The notes under the pieces are model-generated. The model saw only the letters and a list, made by a program, of their open reading frames with translations. It did no database searches and was not told the origin of the DNA. DNA of 64,000 nucleotides, from assembly GCF_004010195.1 (NCBI RefSeq), contig NC_057719.1:19708964-19772963 (forward strand), written 5' to 3'. Positions 11,226 through 24,312 of this stretch are shown piece by piece. Numbering within the stretch: the stretch's first letter is position 1; the number at the start of each line of letters is the position of its first letter. The translations under genes and the position numbers were made by a program. Source of the DNA: Chiloscyllium plagiosum (lineage: Eukaryota).

Positions 11226-11559
11226 GCCTTAATGATAACAGAGTATTGGCAGAGAAGGAAAGAAAAGGAAAGTAAATCCTGCACTTTGGATCCCATTTCC
11301 TAGTAGATGCTCTGCCTGATGTGCCCAAATATCTATTGTCAGTATTCAGCATGTTCAGACAACTGAGTACATGCAGCAGAAACTCATGATCGTGAACGGA
11401 TGTTATCTTTGAATAGAGGCAGAGCTGACAATGACAACATGTAATCCTATCACAGCATCCCAGTTTTGCTCACTAAAAGCTTATCTGCAATGTCAAGCTA
11501 CTTAAAACAAAAGACATCTACATATACTTTAACATAGAGGAATACCTTTATCTTTGTCT

Positions 11560-12060
11560 GTGATGCATTGGTGGTTTGTCTATCTATCCAGACTTATTAT
11601 GGTATTCTTTGTTGTAGTCTGCTTTATATTTTCTGAATATCAGTTAGAATGCTTTGTTTGTTTTGCAACTTAGCCCATATTTTCTGTTGGATGTTCAATT
11701 GGATGTTGATACAAACAATCTGGTCGTGGGCATCTTTCGTCATCTCCTGTTTTGAAATAATACATCACATAAACCTGAGACTATCAACAAATAATGAATA
11801 TGGGAGGCAATTGTCTGTATTTTTCTGCTGAATACTGGTGCAATGTTTGCAAGTATGAAATGGAAGTACATACATTGGTGTCAATAGTGCCATGTAGGCT
11901 GCTGGTCTATATTGTAGTTAGATGGTCTTCTCCCAGTGCAAGTATAGAATTTTCAGTGATGTTCCTTGTAGTGAATGGTGCAGACTGTTGTCTTGATGAT
12001 ACCTTGAATGGTGACTATGGCCATGTTCCTGCATACTGGAAGGCCTGCCATCTGAATTTT
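11560..12060 (-). mobile_element. Highly decayed LINE C-terminal fragment, possibly RTE clade
   Basis: Weak resemblance of gatgacgaaagatgcccacgaccagattgtttgtat to the RTE M.D.R.PK..LY motif; many indels. Confidence 0.35.
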
Positions 12061-12229
12061 TTTTTAACGGCAATGCAAGTTTCTTAAAGCATCTTTTAGT
12101 CTTAATTTAGCACTGAATTGCTCTTAATGGATATTGTCTCAGCTGGTCAGTCATTATTTCTTGATTGTAATGGTGGTCCTCTTGAGGTCTTTCTGATTTT
12201 TCCTGGGTTCAGTTCTTAACATGCCGACA

Positions 12230-12690
12230 AAGGAGTTATTTGAAAAGTGTAGCTGCAGACTTCAAAAATGAAAGTAAATACTGGAAAACTCTACATAGGG
12301 AAATATAATGAAGGCAGATCTCGAAGCCAATAACAACAATAGCAGCTTGTGTTTGTATAGTATCTTTAATATAATAAAACATCCTCAGGCATTTCACAGG
12401 ATCATTTAAAACAAAACTTCTTAATATCAAAAAGTTGCTCAACCATGATCCAATTTAGACCAGTGGAAGAGAAAGAAGACTTGCTTCGAGTTAAGACATG
12501 GATTTCAGAACTTTGAATGACCTCAGTCCTCATAGACTGGAGACCAGCCAGGAGAGTGGTGGAATAATCAAAGTGAAAGATGGCCAATGCATGAGTAAGG
12601 ATTTCAACAATAGCAAGTTATGACAGGAGCAAAATCACGCAACCCTGTGAGGGTGAAAATGGGTGTTTTTAGTGGTAACTCAAATATAAA
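12230..12690 (-). mobile_element. L2-clade LINE 3' fragment
   Basis: Peptide HFDYSTTLLAGL...IQSS..HVLT resembles the L2 RLDYSNALLAGL...IQNSAARILT motif. Confidence 0.65.
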
Positions 12691-13099
12691 TAGACATCCA
12701 TGTGATTTTATGGACTTTGAGCAGGCGGATTGATTATCAGTGCAATCTGTATTGTTGTAAGGTGATTCCCCTTTATCTCCCCAAGTCAGAAGAGTAACTC
12801 GGGTTCGCTGCATGGACTATCCATCGGTCAGATGCAGCTTTAAATCAAGGCCTCATTTACCATCCCAGGTGGACATAAAATATCGCAAGGCTTGAATCAT
12901 AAAAGAGTAGAGAGTTCTCCTGGTGCACAATCAATCCCCACCACCTGCGTCAATGCAACAACATTCAAGGAGCTCAGCAGCACTCAGGAAAGCAGTCCAC
13001 TTGATTTGGCATTTTGGCCTCAAATCTATTCTTCCTGCCACTGTGCACAATGGCTGCAGAGGTTTTGAAGATGACCAGATGTTAGATCTCACTCGTTTC

Positions 13100-13232
13100 G
13101 GTCAGGCTTCACCTGACACAGGAACAGCGCTCTGAAAGCTTGTTATTTCAAATAAAGCTGTTGGACTATAACCTTGTGTTGTGTGGCTTCTGACTTGGTC
13201 CATCCCAGTCCAACATCAGCACCTCCACATCC
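13100..13232 (+). mobile_element. Family B PLE terminal fragment
   Basis: cctgacacaggaacagcgctctgaaagctt...ataaagctgttggactataacc...ccagtccaaca. Confidence 0.7.
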
Positions 13233-13762
13233 TTTGAGATCCTAAGCTGTTCTGCCCACAAGTCCATATGACTTAGTGGGTGGTATTTATGGCATTCCTC
13301 AGTACTAATATGTTCAACCTAGATCCAGCACTCACGATTAATGTTTCAAGGGAACATTATTGTTTACCACTTACTGTTCCTGTCCCACAACATCAGGATT
13401 TGTGGTATATAACATGTTCCTTCATCATTACCATGTGTTATTTTCCCAGAGTATATGTTTTCACTGAAAAAATAGCCTCTGAGATCCATCTGTAAGCGTG
13501 GCATCATGCCAAGCAGAACATTAAATTTTAAGGTAGTTGTATGATACAGGAAAACAACAACTACCATAACCAATCTATAAATTTCTTTGGTAGAATATAA
13601 TAAAAAAGAAAGCTAATTAATTGTCAGGCAACATCAAACTGCACATGGCTCTAGTGAACAGTCACTAGAAGTACTGAGCTGAAAATAAATCTTTAGACTG
13701 ATTGATTATAATTTGTGCTGTTTATTTACCCTGATCCTGCAATTAGTTTAAAATTTTATACA

Positions 13763-14045
13763 AGATTAGATTAGATTAGATTAGATTAGATTACAGTGTG
13801 GAAACAGGCCCTTCGGCCCAACAAGTCCACACCGACCCGCCGAAGCGAAACCCACCCATACCCCTACATTTACCCCTTACCTAGCACTACGGGCAATTTA
13901 GTATGGCCAATTCACCTGACCCTGCACATCTTTGTGATGTGGGAGGAAACCGGAGCACCCGGAGGAAACCCACGCAGACACGGGGAGAACGTGCAAACTC
14001 CACACAGTCAGTCGCCTGAGGCGGGAATTGAACCCGGAATTGAAC
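13763..14045 (-). mobile_element. HE1 SINE, young, 5'-truncated
   Basis: Near-identical to the reverse complement of 31190-31440; (agatt)n tail. Confidence 0.9.
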
Positions 14046-15394
14046 AAGGAATTGTTGTGGTCTGCTTGAATTGAATTTCAGTGCAACAGATATGATCATT
14101 GTGCTATATTCACTCAAGCACATCTCTATTGCCTTTTGCATTGGGGAATTGCACTGCTCCACCTAGTTGTGGTGTTGCCCAACATCTCAGCCATTTGGGG
14201 ATTCTTGACCTTACATTGCCATGGCTACATGTGGACTGTAATGATTGGAATGGTTTGAGGAGACAGCTACCACCAACAGAGCATTTAGGGGTAGGCAATA
14301 AATGTGGCTTATCCAGTATTGTTATATCTAAAAGGTAAATATTTTAAAAATGAATTGTCTTGGGTGTCATTCAGTTCTTGACTTACTGGAGCTTTATAGC
14401 TTATGCCTAGTTCCTTTAAAACTTTGCTCGTTTATCAAGTTGTAATCACCTGTCCTCATATCATGTGGCTCTGTGTCACTGTCTGCTGCCAATCTTGCTG
14501 TGCAGCATCTGAAAACAATTTATTGCTTTTACTGCACCATATTAATACAAATTTTTGTAACAATTAGAAGAAAATCTTCCTCATACATTTATACTATGTA
14601 TTTGATACTTTGATATGAAAGAACTGCAATGTTTGCAGAAGGGAAATTAAGTTTGCATGAGGAAGCAAAAGAAACAATTAGATACTGTACATATGTTTTG
14701 TTACAGCTACTGATAATGATGGAAGAAAGCACTTTAAAAGTAAAAATGACCCTTCCTTATTTAAAAGGACATCATTATACTAAGTAATTTGTCTTAATAC
14801 AGTGTCATATAAAAGATGTAGTGATTTTTATTCAGTACATTCCAGTTTTCTCCTTTGTTGGCCATTTAATTTTCACAAGCTATTTGTTTTCAGTACTGTT
14901 GGGTCCTTTTCAATACGGCTAAGCCTGAAAGTGGCTTTCAACTGGTTATTATACCAATTGAGTATACAGGTGCCAAGAGTTCAGCTGACACTATTCAACG
15001 TTTGTCTGAATTAATGGCCTAGATCTTATCTTGTTTTCTTAATTCGTGGGAACTGTGAGTGAAAAACAGCATTTTCAATAAATCATGTGATTTTAGCTAG
15101 ATGCTTAGCAAGTCACCTGCAAGATAATTACTGAGGTGTTTGTTGACATAGGTTTAGGACTTTTGGACAAGGCAGGGCTGGGTATAAGTTCTGAATTGCT
15201 TGGAATAAACCTCCAAATGCAGAATACCATGAAGGTTTCAAAGAAGAAGACAACTTAAAAGGCTACTGAAGACATACGTTTAAATAAAGGTAAATACCAG
15301 GCCTTAGGCTGTTCTGTCACTGAAAGTCAACTGGCGGTGCTTTCATCTGAGAGGCAGTAGGTCTCAGGGAACAGAAGAGGTTGACAAGGAGGGT

Positions 15395-15883
15395 CCTTCA
15401 TGGCTGGCTGCATAATGGCCTGATATGGCAACTGCCCTACCTAGGACTGAAAGAAAATACAGTGGGTGTATGCACAGCCCAGACCACCATGGAAACCAAC
15501 TGTCCATCCATAGACTCCATTTACATGGTTTGCTGTCGTGGAAAGCCTGCCAACATCATCAAAGACTGATCGCACCCCAGTAATGATCTCCTCCTACAAC
15601 CTTTTCCGTCAGATACAGAAGCCTAAGCACATGCACCAGCAGGTTCAGAAACAGCTTCCTGGCCATTATTAGACTGATGAGTGGACTCTCCACCCTCAAA
15701 TAATGCTGATCTTGCTAACGTTCATCTAACCTTGCACACACTGTATGTAATGTAACCGTTATTGCCCCATGTAAGTCTTTTTGACCTGTACATCCTTGCT
15801 TACAATGTTCTGCTTGTACTGCTCAAAAACAAAGCTTTCCACTGTGCTTCAGTGCACGTGACAATAAATCAATCAATAAATCA
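15395..15883 (+). mobile_element. Rex1/Babar-like LINE 3' end
   Basis: ANIIKD..HP...LQP.PS..YRSL.TCTSRFRNSF motif; ends in gtgacaataaatcaatcaa. Confidence 0.7.
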
Positions 15884-16529
15884 GTGTGGAAATTGAACCT
15901 CCGTTATCGGTGTAACTCTATCTCGCCAACTAAGCCTAAGGATAAGTTTATATTCAATTGTAATATTGAACTGAATTAGAGCTTGTTTACAGACCTTGGG
16001 GAGAGACATTACTTGAATAAAATTTGCATCAAATCAATGCCCATAAATTTACTGAGAGGGAAGTGAATTACAGTTATTCCAGCTGAGCAAGGAGATAACG
16101 GTGATGCTTCACTGAGGTTTGGGTGTCTGTAAGGTTATTGTTGGAGTGAAAGAGTTCAATCCTGATCCAGAATCAAATATGTTCTTTTGGAGATTGTTCT
16201 ACAGAGCAACACCTTGCAGTTTCACTTCAGAAAATGTTCTAGTGCAGTTTTAAAAAAAAACATTTTTAAAAATGTTCTTACAAGAATTTTCATCAGCCTA
16301 GAATCTCTTTGAGCAATATCCCTCTTTGCTTTAGTGATTTCAGCTATGGGAGAAATCTCACACTGGCTTCATTGCAAAATTGCTCATTGAATTTGGCTGT
16401 TTTATAGTGATGTTGTCTGGCCCTGAGAAATTCAGCAGATAGAGAATGCACATTTCTCAAACTACAGCATGATTTCTGAGGGCTGTGTGTTCTTATAGCA
16501 GTGGACAGACTCAAGTTAATTCAATGTTT

Positions 16530-16775
16530 AAGGAACTTTTTCACGGAGAGGTGGTACGTTTATGGAATGAACTGCCAGAGGATGTGGTGGAGGCTGGTAC
16601 AATTGTAACATTTAAGAGGCATTTGGATGGGTAAATGAATAGGAAGGGTTTGGAGGGATATGGGCCGGGTGCTGGCAGATGAGACTAGAATGGGTTGGAA
16701 TATCTGGTCGGCATGGACGGGTTGGACCGAAGAGTCTGTTTCCATGCTGTACATCTCTATGACTATATAACTCTA
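16530..16775 (+). mobile_element. CR1/HER1 3' end
   Basis: ttttcacggagaggtggtacgtttatggaatgaactgccagag...ctctatgactat tail. Confidence 0.9.
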
Positions 16776-17989
16776 AATTGGCTTTTCACAGGATGGGACC
16801 AATGAAGCCAGCATTTGTTGATCATCCAATTGCCTTAGGGATGGCCAACAAATGCAGGTTTAAAGCCAGCAAGAAATGTAAACAACGTCATGTTTACATA
16901 TTCATTCTTTAGCTCAATTGTCCATACATCAAGAAGTCGGTAGTCTCTCGCATTTGGATGGCCATTTAAAGGCTGTTCAGTGCTGAAGAAAGCAGCTGCT
17001 TTCGTAAATCTGAGGCTGATTCAGAGACAGAGAGTGCCAACTTTTTAAATTCTACAATTAAAAGGCCCTTTCAAACCCTCCACACGACAACCTGTGCCTG
17101 CAGGGTGACATGGTTGGCTCCGTTTGGAGGAATGGACCTGGTCTGCTATCACATGGCTGACTCATAACACTCACTGCCAGGAGACTTACTGAAAACTTTT
17201 AGCCAGTCATTCCCATTAGGGCTTAGTAGGCCTTTAAACATTTTAATGGTTTATTCTCTGCATGAGGGCAAGTAAACCTGCTGCCTCCTCCCCATCCTCT
17301 CCCTACTTTCCTATCTTGCTTCTTGGAAAATGAACTGGAGTTGCAACAACTCAACAAAACCATCAAAACACCCTAGTTGTTTTGCTAGTGGAAATTCTTT
17401 TTAGAGAAATATCATGTTGACAGTGTGTTTTGCTCCTTGTATGGTGAATTAATCAGATTGGTGACAGGCAATGACCTAAAATAAATCATTCACACCTTAG
17501 TTGTTAATTTTTAATAGAAAATATGTTGATGTTTTTGTTGCATTTGGCTGAAATCTTTACTTACATTTCAATATCTCCACCTCCCTGCATTCACTGAAAT
17601 TGCAGTAAAAGGAAGAATATTCTGTGACCCTGTCTATGGTATGACTGTTTCTCCACCCCTGTTTCAAGGCTAATGAAATGCCCTTGTAAATGCTTGCACA
17701 ATGTAAACCATCTATCTTAATCAAACTTCTCACTCTCTTGGTTATGGTCACTTTTTCTTGTTATCTATATCAGTATATCTAGAAGGTGAAGGAGTAGAAT
17801 CCCTGTCTCTGAGCCAGACTCTCTGGGTTTGAGTTCCATCCCAGGACTTGATGGCCAAAGAAGATGATTTCGTGACATGGCCAAGCAGCTTGGGTATCAA
17901 TCTGCAACTTACATCAATGGCAGTTGGTAAGAGCAGGTGGGACCCCTGGTTAGCCATGAGCTGGAAAGAAGATTGGAACCTCTATCGTA

Positions 17990-18860
17990 GTTCATTTAAT
18001 AGTATACATTTAATAGTGCATTTTCCTGTTTTGCAAAAATATACTTTTTTTCATAAAATTTACAAAATTACAAAAGCACACGACGTTAATATTCACAATA
18101 TTCATAACATGTCAAACATATTGCCTGAGGGGCTTTATTATATTTAGAAGAGGGAAAGCCCACAGTCTTTCAAGCCACTGTTGTGGCTGCCCAAAGCTTT
18201 TAGATTTTTCCTTAGTAATTCCTGGATCTTGAAAGTGCCAGTGTGAAATACTTGGTCATTGACAACTATTAACTATTGTTCACAGAGTTGCTTGTCTATT
18301 GGTTACAGTTATTCTTTACACTGTACATCCCTGTAGAGTGCAGAATTTAGCATCACAAAGGTGTTTGGGATAAATCTTAACAAATGAAACATTGCCCAAC
18401 TTTCCAGAACCTTTATTGCAAAGGCACATTCCACATGAAGATGGACAATAGTCTCTTTGTCACCAGCACCACCTAGATGGCAGTGTGCAGAGGGATTGAG
18501 ATGGTGGGCATTGAGGAAGGATCTCACCAATAACTAAGCCACATCTAATGACTTTGACAGTCTATTCAGGGACTGTCTGACAGGATCTATCATCTTTCTT
18601 CCCACAGGAATGTGGGGATAATAAACATGGACCACTGTTGAATCTATTGTAATCAAAGGTGTCTTTCTGCAGCCGTGTTTTCATGAGGGCAAAGTACTAT
18701 GACATAATCTGCCAGGATAAATAATTCAATAGCATTGTAGCCAGATCCATCCATGACTTGCACCCATCTGGGGATAAGTGGAACTTCATGCAACCATGAA
18801 CAAAGATGGCCATCAGATGAGATGGTGTTAATGTGCCTCAATGAGATTCATATGAATCAT
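17990..18860 (-). mobile_element. L1/Tx1-clade LINE C-terminal fragment, decayed
   Basis: AHCHLGGAGDKETIVHLHVECAFAIKV matches the C..C....ET..HL...C..A..VW zinc-knuckle of L1/Tx1 ORF2. Confidence 0.65.
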
Positions 18861-18864
18861 GATT

Positions 18865-20510
18865 TTTTTAAATTCTATCATGGAACATGAGCATCCTTGG
18901 CTAGGCCAGCATTTACTGCCTATCCCCAGTTGCCCTTGAGAAGGTGGTGGCGAGCTGCCTCCTCGAACCGTTGCAGTTCACGTGCTGTAGGTAGACCCAT
19001 ATTGCTGTTGAGGAATGAATTCTAGGATTTTGACCAGTGGCCGTGAAGGAATGACAATATGTTTTCAAGTCAGGACGATGAGCGATGTGATAATGCTATG
19101 GTTTCAAGAGGTGTACTTTGTGCTAGCTTTTTTTTTGAAGAGAAGTTTTGAGCCATGGGTGCCAAGCTGTCTCTCCCGAGCCAATAAAGTAAATAGCTTG
19201 TAAGGACTTTTTTTTAAAGTTGGAACAATAGAAGCAGCATGAATGGGCATGGTCAGGCTCCTACAGAACCAAGATTTTAGTTTAGCTTTCAGAAATTGTT
19301 GGAGTTTTGAAATTTATTGTGGAAGCAGCTGTACATCTCTTGACTACATCTACAAGTTTGAGTTCTCTCACTGCTGTTGTGAGACAATGTTTTACTGACT
19401 TTGCCTTTGCCGAGGGTGTGTTTATGGGACGTTACTATACTGGAACAGTTGTTATGTAATTTATTATTGTGTTAAGTTTATCAACAGAGTTAAAGTTATA
19501 CCTGTTTGACTTTCTTTTGTTTATATTTTAACTGTAGGATAAGAATAAAATATGTTTTGTTTAAAGCTGAGTAGTGTAACCAATCCAATTACGTCTGGAA
19601 CATAACATAGTGCCTTTAAATAAGATAAAAGTCAGCATCCAGGTTACTTCCTATGTATATTAGGCTGGTGCGTAACAATGGCTTGGTGGGGAACTTGCAT
19701 GTGGCATTGTTCTCAAGTATCTGTTGCCCTTGTCCTTCTAGGGGGAAGTGTTGGTGGGTTTGGAAGGTGCTGTCTAAGGATCTTTGGCACATTTCTGCAG
19801 TGTGTCTGGTAGGTGGGTGCGCACTGCTGCTACTGAGCATTGGTGGTGGAGCAATATGTTGGCAGTCAAGGAGCTGCTTTGTTCTGGATTGTGTCAAGCT
19901 TCTAAAGTGTTGTTGGAGCAGCACTCATCCAGGAAAGTGGGGAGTATTCCTTACTACTCCCAACTTGTGCCTTGTAACTGCTGTACAGGATTTGTGGAGA
20001 TAGGAGGTAAGTTACTCGCTGCAGTATTCTTAGCTTCTGACCTGCCTCGTGAAGCCAAGGTATTTCTATGGCAAGTCCACATGAGTTTCTGGTCAATGGT
20101 AACCTCCAGAATGTTGAATGTCAAGGGATGGTGGATAGATTGACTCTCATTAGAGATGTTCATTGCCTGGCATTTGTGGGGTATGATTGTTGCTTGCCAA
20201 TTGTCAGCCTAAAGCTGGTTATTGTCTGGATTTGTTGCATTCGAACATTGAGCGATTCAGTATTTGAGCAGTTGCAAATGGTGTTAAATATTGTGCAATC
20301 ATCAGTGAACATCCCCACTTCTGACCTTATGATGAAGGGAAGGTCATTGATGAAGTTGATTTAGCCTATCTGAGGAGCTCCTGCAGAGATGTTCTGGAGC
20401 TGACCGACATCCAACACCACAACTATTTGCTTATCTGTCAGGTATGACTCCAACCAGCACAGAGTTTGCCCTGATTCTAGTTTTGATAGGGTTCCTTGAT
20501 GCTCCCATGT
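18865..20510 (-). mobile_element. CR1/L2-group LINE (tail gcagc.gttc.ag.aggcagctc.ccaccaccttctcaagggcaa), split by a solo LTR
   Basis: Peptides LEVTIDQKLMWTCH and YKAQVGSSKEYSPLSWMSAAPTTL; same family at 21.0, 21.7, 28.1 and 48.5 kb. Confidence 0.75.
19086..19677 (+). mobile_element. Probable solo LTR (TG...CA)
   Basis: Begins tgtgata and ends gtaaca; contains AATAAA; splits the host LINE cleanly; homologous to the reverse complement of 45551-46099. Confidence 0.65.
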
Positions 20511-21174
20511 ATTTAAAAAAACAAAATCAGTTTTATCGGCCACATCATGAATAGGGCCGTAACTACCTGCACACTGTGTAAGCTTGACATTGAGATAGTG
20601 TTTATCAAAACTTTTTTGTGTGATGATGGCAATCCTGATCAAATCATCCTGTGCTGTATTTCATACAAGCTCATGAAAAGGACAATGGCCAACACCTTTG
20701 GCCCAGAATGGTGCACAATTGAACTCAGATTGCCCAGGAAGAAAATTCAAGCAATTAAGTCTCCTACAGATAAAGAAACATATAAATGGCAAAGTCCACA
20801 AGGAGCAATGCCCTCTGCAAAAGGATATTTGAGAGAAATAAAAATTCCCAGTGAAGAAATGATTTACAGAGTAGAACCAAAATTAGTAATCCACAAGCAG
20901 AGGATCAACCAGCATTCCAAGTCAGAAGAAATTCATACTGAGAAAGTTGTAAAATGTCCCGACCACTTGTGTTTGTGAAGTCAGATACTTCAATAAGTCA
21001 CTCATGGCATGTAGGTATTTCTGACTGAGCCAGCATTTGTTGTTGATCTTGAGAAGGTGGCGTGGAGCTGCCTTCTTGAACTGCTGCAATCCAATTGGAA
21101 TAGGGGCACCCACAATGCCATTAGGAATGGAGTTCAAGGACTTTGACCCAGTGACACTGAAGAGGCATTGATCA

Positions 21175-21665
21175 TAGAACTGTACAGCTTGGGGTAGGCC
21201 TTTCGATCCATGATGTCGTGCTGAATGTGATGCCAATGAAACTAATCCCTTCTGCATGCCCTTGGTCTATATCCCTCCATTCCCTGCATATTCATGAGCT
21301 TATTTAAAGGTCCTGTAAATCCCCTTATCAGATCTGCCTGCACCACAATCCCTGGCACTGCATTCCAGACTCCTACCATGTTCTATGGAAAACACCTGCC
21401 CTTCACATTTCCTTACAAACTTTACCCCTCTCACCTTATATGCATGCCCCTACTATTAGACATTTCAACTCTGGGAAAAAGATTCTGACTGTCAACCCTA
21501 TCTATGCATCTCGTAATTTTATAGACTTCTATCAAGTCTCCCCTCTGCCTCCACTGCTGAAAAGAAAGCAACCTGAGTTTTTCTAACCACTTCTTATTGC
21601 TCACCACCCTCTAATCCAGGCAGCATCCTGGTAAACCTCTACTGCACCCTCACTAAAGTCTTCAC
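21175..21665 (-). mobile_element. CR1-type LINE 3' fragment
   Basis: catagaac tail; reverse complement of LRGDLIEVYK-like and WNA.P coding segments. Confidence 0.8.
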
Positions 21666-22105
21666 AATGGTATATTTCTTAGTCAGGATGGTAAATGGCT
21701 TGGAGTGGAAGTTAAAGCTGTTTGATGCATTTGTCTTTCTGGATGCTATTGGGTGTGGATCTTGAAGTTTTGTTTCAGGAGCACTGGTGAATGTTTGCCG
21801 TATATCTTATAGATTGTTCACACTGCTGCTACGAGTGCCTGTGATGGAGAGAATAATTTTTTTTTGCCAATCCAACAAGCTACTTCAGTAGCTTGGATTC
21901 TTGAGTTTTGGGGTTGCATTCACCCATTCAAGTAGGGAATATTTAATCAGACTTCTGAAGTGTGCCTTGTAGATGCTGAACAGGCTCGGAAGGATCAGGA
22001 GTGAGTTGTTTGCTGCAGGATTTCTAGCCTCTGATATGTTTTTGCAGCCACTGTACTTACATGGCTAATCCAGTACAGTATCTGGTTAATTATAACTCGC
22101 GGAAT
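21665..22105 (-). mobile_element. CR1/L2-group LINE fragment (same family as 18865-20510)
   Basis: tgtgccttgtagatgctgaacaggct... parallels 19966-20100. Confidence 0.65.
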
Positions 22106-22518
22106 CAGAATCAAAAATTGCTGATGAAAATCTTGGCTTTTTAGATGCTAGTGAATATTGTTGTGATGAACAGTCACTGGACTCAAAATATTTACTGTGC
22201 TTTCTTCCCACAAATTCTTCCAAACCTATTAAGTTTTCACCAGCAGTTTCTGTTTTGTTTCAGATCTCCAGGATCTGCAGCTCTTTAATTTTTAAGAGTG
22301 TAACTCCCTGCATGTTCATAGTGGGTTTGCTTATTGGGACTGTTGTGAATATTCAGAACAGTATACTTAAGTCTAGTTTCGACAGATTGAATTCTATAGG
22401 GGTTCTTTATTCTGTTCTTCGTGTTTCATTGTGTCATTCTGTGAATAAATTTTTTGTCTGTTTTAAACTTGGTAGTCAACCTTGCTAGCTTAATCCGGGT
22501 AATTTTCTCTGTACACTT

Positions 22519-22838
22519 CAGATTAGATTAGATTCCCTACAGTGTGGAAACAGGCCCTTTGGCTCAAAAGGTCCACATCGACCCTCCGAAGAGTAATCCA
22601 CCCAGACCCATTTCACTCTGACTAATGCACCTCACACTATGGGCAATTTAGCATGGCCAATTCACCTGGCCTGCGCATTTTTGGACTGTGGGAGGAAACT
22701 GGAGCACCCGGAGAAAACCCACGCAGATACGGGGAGAACATGTAAACTTCATACAGACAGTCGACCGAGGATGGAATCAAACCTGGGACCCTGGTCCTGT
22801 GAGGCAACAGTGCTAACCACTGAGCCACCGTGTCACCC
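22519..22838 (-). mobile_element. HE1 SINE, near full length
   Basis: tRNA-like head (gggtgacacggtggctcagtggttagcactgttgcctcacag), core and (agatt)n tail. Confidence 0.9.
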
Positions 22839-23066
22839 AACTGGTTTTCCTTTGTAATTAAGGACCTACTGTCTTTTAAGAAATATGTAAAATTGCTTAT
22901 TGTTCAAATACTATTGCACAGTTTCTCCAAGGAACACAGAAACTGTTAACTTCTGTGTTGCTGAACACACTTGTGTCCGGCAATGTAATAAACCAGTAAA
23001 CCTTGCTTGATTCTTTTGACAGATCTCGGAACTGAGAGGCCCCTCCCAGGGGTCTAGATCTTCATA

Positions 23067-23085
23067 TGGTGCCTGTGACTTGGAT
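23067..23085 (+). promoter_or_regulatory. Retroviral primer-binding site, tRNA-His
   Basis: tggtgcctgtgacttggat versus TGGTGCCGTGACTCGGAT (complement of the tRNA-His 3' end): one inserted base and one mismatch; starts 2 nt after the LTR-terminal CA. Confidence 0.8.
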
Positions 23086-23821
23086 ACGGCGCAGATGGAT
23101 TGTGGATAACAGTGTAAGAGCCTTGAGTCCTTCACTATTGAGTGTTGAGGAATTGGCCACCCAGATGTGAGATTTTTCATATCCATCTGGTTTTCGTCTC
23201 ATTCAAGTCATGATTGACCTGACCCCTCACTGTCTATCATCTCAGTCCAGCCCGTAAAGGATCGGTCTCAGTAAAATAAGAAAAAGACATAAATAGGATC
23301 TGGCAGGGTGCTATGAGAAAAAGAGATAGAGCAATAAAATTCTGTCGGATTGGCATTGTTTAAATTGATCCTTAAACTGTCCTGTGAAAGAAAGAAGTAT
23401 CACGATATAACAAAACAATCATCGTTTTAGAATGTCGAGAATGTTCTGCAGAAATCATTAGTCTTGTTGCTCGTTGTCAGGCTGTTGGTTAGTGGGAGTT
23501 TTATGTCGAGTTTATTTCTGTCATATCTGTTCGGCTTGGCTAGTCTTGCTTTGCTGCTTTTTTTTTCTGTTCGTTTTGGTGTTTGTTCTTTGTTTATGAA
23601 ATATGGAGGGTGGTTGATGCCTTCATCGTGCTAAAAAAATAGAAAGCTGGCTAGGGACAAAAACGCTGTTAGAACTGCTGATACAATTCTTGCTACTCAG
23701 CCACAAGATAAGGTACTAGTGTGAGTACTTAACAGGGTCCCAGTGTCCGGACAGAAAGTTCTGCTGAAAGCACCTTAAGATTTAAAAAATTAGTAATAGA
23801 GAATTTGCTTGCTCCAGGGTT

Positions 23822-24055
23822 ATGACAGGTGAAACCCCATTAGATAAGCCCTGGACCCATGCTGAGGTCCACGTCATGCTTCAAGATGTCCCCCCATCCA
23901 TTCGAGTGCCCAACATTAGTTTTAATTGGCTAGTACAAATCTGCTGTAATTATAGTTGCTTGCTTCAGGATGTCCAGACTTTAATGAATTTGGCATACAG
24001 GACACATTGGTCAACTATTAAAGACTCCGTTGTATTTCCCCTGGGTTGTAGGTGA
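23822..24055 (+). pseudogene. ERV capsid-N-terminal-domain-like ORF in the leader region
   Basis: KPWTHAEVHVMLQDVPPSIRVPNISFNWLVQICCNYSCLLQDVQTLM aligns without gaps, by eye, to the gammaretroviral CA pattern WPFS..DL..W....P.....P...........(Q/H)PT..DC.QLL. Confidence 0.55.
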
Positions 24056-24276
24056 ATGCAGAGGCACGAAAAACTGGTCTTGAAAATATTGTTAGAATTG
24101 CAAATGGAACAGCTGAGAGGTATTTAGATTTTGCACACTTGGTTAAGCACTTATGTGCCACCGCCAGGATTTATGAGACCAAACTCCCTAATGTTGACTG
24201 TTCTGCAATGTGAGGGCCTCAGAAAGGAATAAACAAAAAACTAAAAACTGAGATATGAAGAAGGCTGGAAAATATT

Positions 24277-24277
<1 letters not shown>

Positions 24278-24308
<31 letters not shown>

Positions 24309-24312
24309 CGAG
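24278..24312 (+). repeat. (TG)n(GA)n compound microsatellite
   Basis: Direct observation. Confidence 0.9.

Noticed and set aside
20547..20978. 143-aa plus-strand ORF
   Set aside because: No splice context or clear domain; at best a faint Gypsy integrase tail, too weak to call.
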